A DNA stretch of 37,716 bases from Betaproteobacteria bacterium (GTDB lineage: Bacteria; Pseudomonadota; Gammaproteobacteria; Burkholderiales; SG8-41). Position 1 is the stretch's first letter, and each line of letters starts with the position of its first letter. The notes under the pieces were generated by a model, which made no database searches, had not been told where the DNA came from, and worked only from the letters and a program-made list of their open reading frames with translations. Shown here piece by piece: positions 34,167 to 37,716 of this stretch. The DNA is taken from NCBI GenBank assembly GCA_025360445.1, contig JANYCE010000026.1, positions 1-37,716 of the forward strand, given 5' to 3'. Position numbers and translations under genes: made by a program.

Positions 34167-35327
34167 CTAGACGTTCGCGGTTATCCAATCCGCAATGTAA
34201 TCGACGCCGACTTGGCGGTTATCGGCCTGAGCGTGATAGGTGCCGCCATCCTCAGGCGTCAGTATCTTCAACGTTTTGCGTTTGGAACCCACCGCAGCAT
34301 AAAGTTTATGTGCGGAGTCCACCGGCACGACTCTGTCCTCGGATCCATGCACTATCAGAAATGGGCGGTCGATCTGTCCCGCGACCTCAGCCAGCGAAAA
34401 CTTCCGCGCTTTTTCGATCGCCGCATCGCCGTCATCAATGTGCCCCATGATCCAGCGAAAATGAAACGCCGACTGTGCGGTGTTCTTCGGATCGATTTCA
34501 AGTTTGCGTTTAATTTCGCGCTGCCATCCGGCGAGATCCCAATGCAGCGCAGCAAACGCGACACCGGCCGCATAGCGTTTTTCGAATGCAGCGACACGTG
34601 AAGAGTAATACCCGCCGAAGCTGTAACCCATGACCGTCACTTTTTTCGCGTCGACGTCGGGTCGACGCGAAACGTAATCGTAAGCCGCGCTGCCTGCTAC
34701 TTCGTAGTCATGGCGAGCATAAAGACCGCGCAAACGCAGAGATTCCCCTTGTCCGGGTCCATCAATGGCAAGCGTATGCCAGCCGCGCGCCGCAAATTCG
34801 AGTCCGTTGAACAGAATGCTCATTTCTTTGCAGTTGTCCATGCCATCGAATACAACGACCGTGGGTGCGGGCCCGGTTACACCGGGTGCTTTCAAAAATA
34901 TCGCGGGCAACGTCGTGTTCTCATACGGGACTTCAACGAATTCCATGTTCGGATAACGGCGTTCGAGTCCCGCGCGCTGGCACTCCAGCGACTTGCGGCC
35001 AACCTCGAGCTTGGCCGGTCCCGGATATATGAAGCGTTCACCAGTAAAGTAATACATGCCGGCACGCAGATAATAATTTCCGGCGGTATGCTGGCGCCCT
35101 TCTGCTGCTGCTTTTGCGGCGACTGATTCGAGCCGCTGCGCCATTGCGCACCATTCCTCCTGCCACGCATCGGGTTCAGTTTGCCGCGTCTTCAGGCGCT
35201 CGCACACCTCGTCAATTTCACCCAATGCGACCGCCCCGTAGGGCGCCATGCCTTTGGTCACCAGCGCGGCATTCGACCACGTCATGTTGCCGGGAAACTG
35301 TTCAATCCATGTACTACTCGCTGCCAT
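34167..35327 (-). CDS. Alpha/beta hydrolase (2,6-dihydroxypseudooxynicotine hydrolase/FrsA-like)
   Basis: DGMDNCKE, DGPGQGES, nucleophile GYSFGG, HGSED and C-terminal HAQADN. Confidence 0.85.
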   Translation of the reverse strand: MAASSTWIEQFPGNMTWSNAALVTKGMAPYGAVALGEIDEVCERLKTRQTEPDAWQEEWCAMAQRLESVAAKAAAEGRQHTAGNYYLRAGMYYFTGERFIYPGPAKLEVGRKSLECQRAGLERRYPNMEFVEVPYENTTLPAIFLKAPGVTGPAPTVVVFDGMDNCKEMSILFNGLEFAARGWHTLAIDGPGQGESLRLRGLYARHDYEVAGSAAYDYVSRRPDVDAKKVTVMGYSFGGYYSSRVAAFEKRYAAGVAFAALHWDLAGWQREIKRKLEIDPKNTAQSAFHFRWIMGHIDDGDAAIEKARKFSLAEVAGQIDRPFLIVHGSEDRVVPVDSAHKLYAAVGSKRKTLKILTPEDGGTYHAQADNRQVGVDYIADWITANV

Positions 35328-35360
35328 TACCCTGTCCTTGTCGTAAGCGAAAATGTTGCC

Positions 35361-36332
35361 TCACTCAATCGTGATCCCGACTTCCTTGATGACCCTGGAC
35401 CACGTCGCGATTTCTTTCTTAATGAATGCGCCGAACTCTTCTGGCGAACTACCGACCGGGTCGGCGCCCAGCGCAAGAATGCGTTCTTTGACCTCCGGAA
35501 TTCCCAGCGCCTTGTTGATGGCCTGGTGCAGGCGCGAGACGACCGCGGGTGGTGTGCCCGCCGGTGCCATAACGCCATTCCACTCAATTGCCTCATAGCC
35601 GGCAACACCGGTCTCGGCAATGCTCGGAATATCCGGCAGCGCGGCATTTCGTTTCGGACTGGTCACCCCAAGTGGAATCAACCGGCCGCTTTGAAAGTGC
35701 TGGATCGACGACGGTATGGTCGCCATCAAGATCGCAGTTTCACCACTGACGATAGAGATGACCGCAGGCCCGCCGCCTTTATATGGAATGTGGACCATCT
35801 TGATGCCGGTCATGTAACTAAAGCGCTCGGTGGCGAGGTGGTTGGCGCTGACGTTTCCTGCGGAGCCGTAATTGAGGCTGCCGGGTTTGCTTTTCGCAAG
35901 CGCGATTAACTGCTTCACCGAGCGCGCCGGCACGGAAGGATGCACGGTGAGCACCAGCGTCACGATGGACACAAGGCTGACCGGCAGCAAATCTTTTTCG
36001 CTGTCGAAAGGCATTTTCTTGAACAGGCTCGGATTGGCGCCGAACGAGATATTCGCAACACCAAGCGTATAACCGTCGGGCGGTGATTTGGCGGCGACAT
36101 CGAGACCGATCGTGGAAGAGCCACCGGGCCGGTTTTCAACAACCACTTGCTGGCCGAGCGATTCAGACATACGCGGGGCGACGATACGCATGACAACGTC
36201 CGTCGAGCCGCCGGGTGCGTACGGCACGATGACGCGTATCGGCTTGACCGGATAGGTCTGCGCCGCGACCGGCCCTGCAACAGTAAACGATGCGGACACG
36301 AGACACGCGAGTACCTTACGCTGTGAGATCAT
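35361..36332 (-). CDS. Tripartite tricarboxylate transporter substrate-binding protein (Bug/TctC)
   Basis: Signal peptide, YP.KPIRVIVPYAPGGSTD, VENRPG, PDGYTL and HIPYKGGGP. Confidence 0.95.
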   Translation of the reverse strand: MISQRKVLACLVSASFTVAGPVAAQTYPVKPIRVIVPYAPGGSTDVVMRIVAPRMSESLGQQVVVENRPGGSSTIGLDVAAKSPPDGYTLGVANISFGANPSLFKKMPFDSEKDLLPVSLVSIVTLVLTVHPSVPARSVKQLIALAKSKPGSLNYGSAGNVSANHLATERFSYMTGIKMVHIPYKGGGPAVISIVSGETAILMATIPSSIQHFQSGRLIPLGVTSPKRNAALPDIPSIAETGVAGYEAIEWNGVMAPAGTPPAVVSRLHQAINKALGIPEVKERILALGADPVGSSPEEFGAFIKKEIATWSRVIKEVGITIE

Positions 36333-36356
36333 CCGGTTTTTCCCCTGTGGTACTAA

Positions 36357-37556
36357 CTAGTTAAAAGCCGATATGCCGGTTTGGGCCCGGCCAAGCACGA
36401 GCGCGTGAATGTCGCTCGTGCCTTCGAGCGTGTTGACCGTTTCCAGATTCATCACATGACGGATGACGTGAAACTCATCCGAGATGCCGTTGCCGCCATG
36501 CATGTCCCGCGCAACCCGCGCGATGTCGAGCGCCTTGCCGGTTGAATTGCGTTTCATCAGAGACACCATTTCAGGCGTTGCCCTGCCCTGTTCGCGCAGT
36601 CGGCTCACATGCAGGCACGCGAGCAGGCCGATCGCAATTTCGCTTTGCATGTCGGCCAGCTTTTTTTGAATCAGCTGATTCGCCGCCAGCGGACGTCCGA
36701 ACTGCTTGCGGTCGAGCGAGTACTGGCGCGCCGCATGCCAGCAGAACTCCGCCGCGCCGAGCGCCCCCCAGCAAATACTGAAGCGCGCGTTATTAAGACA
36801 ACCGAACGGACCTTTGAGTCCCGTCACATTGGGCAGCAGGTTTTCTTCCGGCACAAATACCTGGTCCATCGCGATCTCGCCGGTCGGCGATGCGCGCACC
36901 GAAAACTTTCCTTCGATTTTTCGCGTCGTCAAACCTTGCATGCCGCGCTCGAGTATGAAGCCGCGGATGACGCCGCCGTCATCTTTCGCCCACACCACCA
37001 TGATGTCTGCTATCGGCGCGTGCGTGATCCAGAGTTTGGTACCGGTCAACGTATAACCGCCGTCGACCTTGCGCGCGCGCGACGTCATGCTGCCGGGATC
37101 GGAACCGTGATCGGGCTCAGTCAAACCGAAGCAACCGAGCAATTCGCCCGTCGCCATCTTCGGCAAATATTTTTCGCGCTGGGCTTCGCTGCCGTAAGCG
37201 TATATCGGCGTCATCGCGAGCCCGCTTTGTACCGAGCACGCCGACCGGTAGGCGGTATCGACGCGCTCGAGTTCACGCATGATAAGCCCGTAGGCGACAT
37301 ATCCGATGCCTGAACAGCCATAGCCTTCGAGCGTCGAACCGAGAAATCCAAGCGCCCCCATCTCGCGCATGATCTCGACGTCGAAGGTTTCATTGCGGTT
37401 CGCCATCACGATGCGAGGCATCAGCTTGTCCTGCGCATAAGCGCGCGCGGTGTCGCGAATCATGCGCTCTTCGTCGGTCAGTTCCTGCTCGATCAACAGC
37501 GGATCCTGCCAATCGAAGCGGCCGCCAGTCAGCGTTACGGAGGAAGTCTCTGCCAT
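36357..37556 (-). CDS. gcdH: Glutaryl-CoA dehydrogenase-type acyl-CoA dehydrogenase
   Basis: [40 protein letters not shown] and [17 protein letters not shown]. Confidence 0.85.
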   Translation of the reverse strand: MAETSSVTLTGGRFDWQDPLLIEQELTDEERMIRDTARAYAQDKLMPRIVMANRNETFDVEIMREMGALGFLGSTLEGYGCSGIGYVAYGLIMRELERVDTAYRSACSVQSGLAMTPIYAYGSEAQREKYLPKMATGELLGCFGLTEPDHGSDPGSMTSRARKVDGGYTLTGTKLWITHAPIADIMVVWAKDDGGVIRGFILERGMQGLTTRKIEGKFSVRASPTGEIAMDQVFVPEENLLPNVTGLKGPFGCLNNARFSICWGALGAAEFCWHAARQYSLDRKQFGRPLAANQLIQKKLADMQSEIAIGLLACLHVSRLREQGRATPEMVSLMKRNSTGKALDIARVARDMHGGNGISDEFHVIRHVMNLETVNTLEGTSDIHALVLGRAQTGISAFN

Positions 37557-37580
37557 GATGGGTGGTCCAATCCGGAAAAT

Positions 37581-37612
37581 AAAAAGGCCGGCAGCGATTG
37601 CGCCACCGGCCT
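37581..37612 (-). terminator. Probable Rho-independent terminator after the thiolase gene
   Basis: The minus strand reads AGGCCGGTGGCGCAATCGCTGCCGGCC-TTTTT. Confidence 0.65.
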
Positions 37613-37631
37613 GCGATAGATCGTCAGCCGA

Positions 37632-37716
37632 TCAAACTCTTTCGATGATCGCGGCCATGCCCTGCCCGCCGCCGATGCACAGACTGACGAGCGCATATCG
37701 TCCGCCCGTGCGCTGC
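37632..37716 (-). CDS. Acetyl-CoA acyltransferase (thiolase), C-terminal end only
   Basis: Hand translation gives QRTGGRYALVSLCIGGGQGMAAIIERV*, which contains the thiolase CxGGG motif. Confidence 0.9.
   Translation of the reverse strand, partial: QRTGGRYALVSLCIGGGQGMAAIIERV

Overview
A betaproteobacterial chromosome segment made mostly of housekeeping genes. The first block is lpxB(partial)-rnhB, a TrmH-family methyltransferase, ppsR/ppsA, pyrG-kdsA-eno-ftsB and folD. The second is rne/rluC-HAD-Rieske-S49 peptidase, an RsmI-like methylase, maf, and yceD-rpmF-plsX-fabHDG-acpP-fabF-pabC-mltG-tmk-holB-tatD-ankyrin. The window ends in a minus-strand catabolic run (thiolase partial, glutaryl-CoA-type dehydrogenase, Bug/TctC binding protein, alpha/beta hydrolase). 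Three parts stand out. (1) A divergent senB/senA selenoneine-type biosynthesis pair sits between rnhB and the TrmH gene, with no senC/selD or egtD in the window and only 27 bp between the start codons. (2) A 28-bp XerCD dif site at 33939-33966 has KOPS motifs converging on it, so this is probably the replication terminus. (3) An accessory islet of about 2.7 kb (12.7-15.4 kb) holds small, partly frameshifted envelope-protein genes, two of which have sigmaE-type promoter motifs. I saw no tRNA, rRNA, CRISPR array or transposase. All family calls come from motif recognition by eye; no database searches were run.
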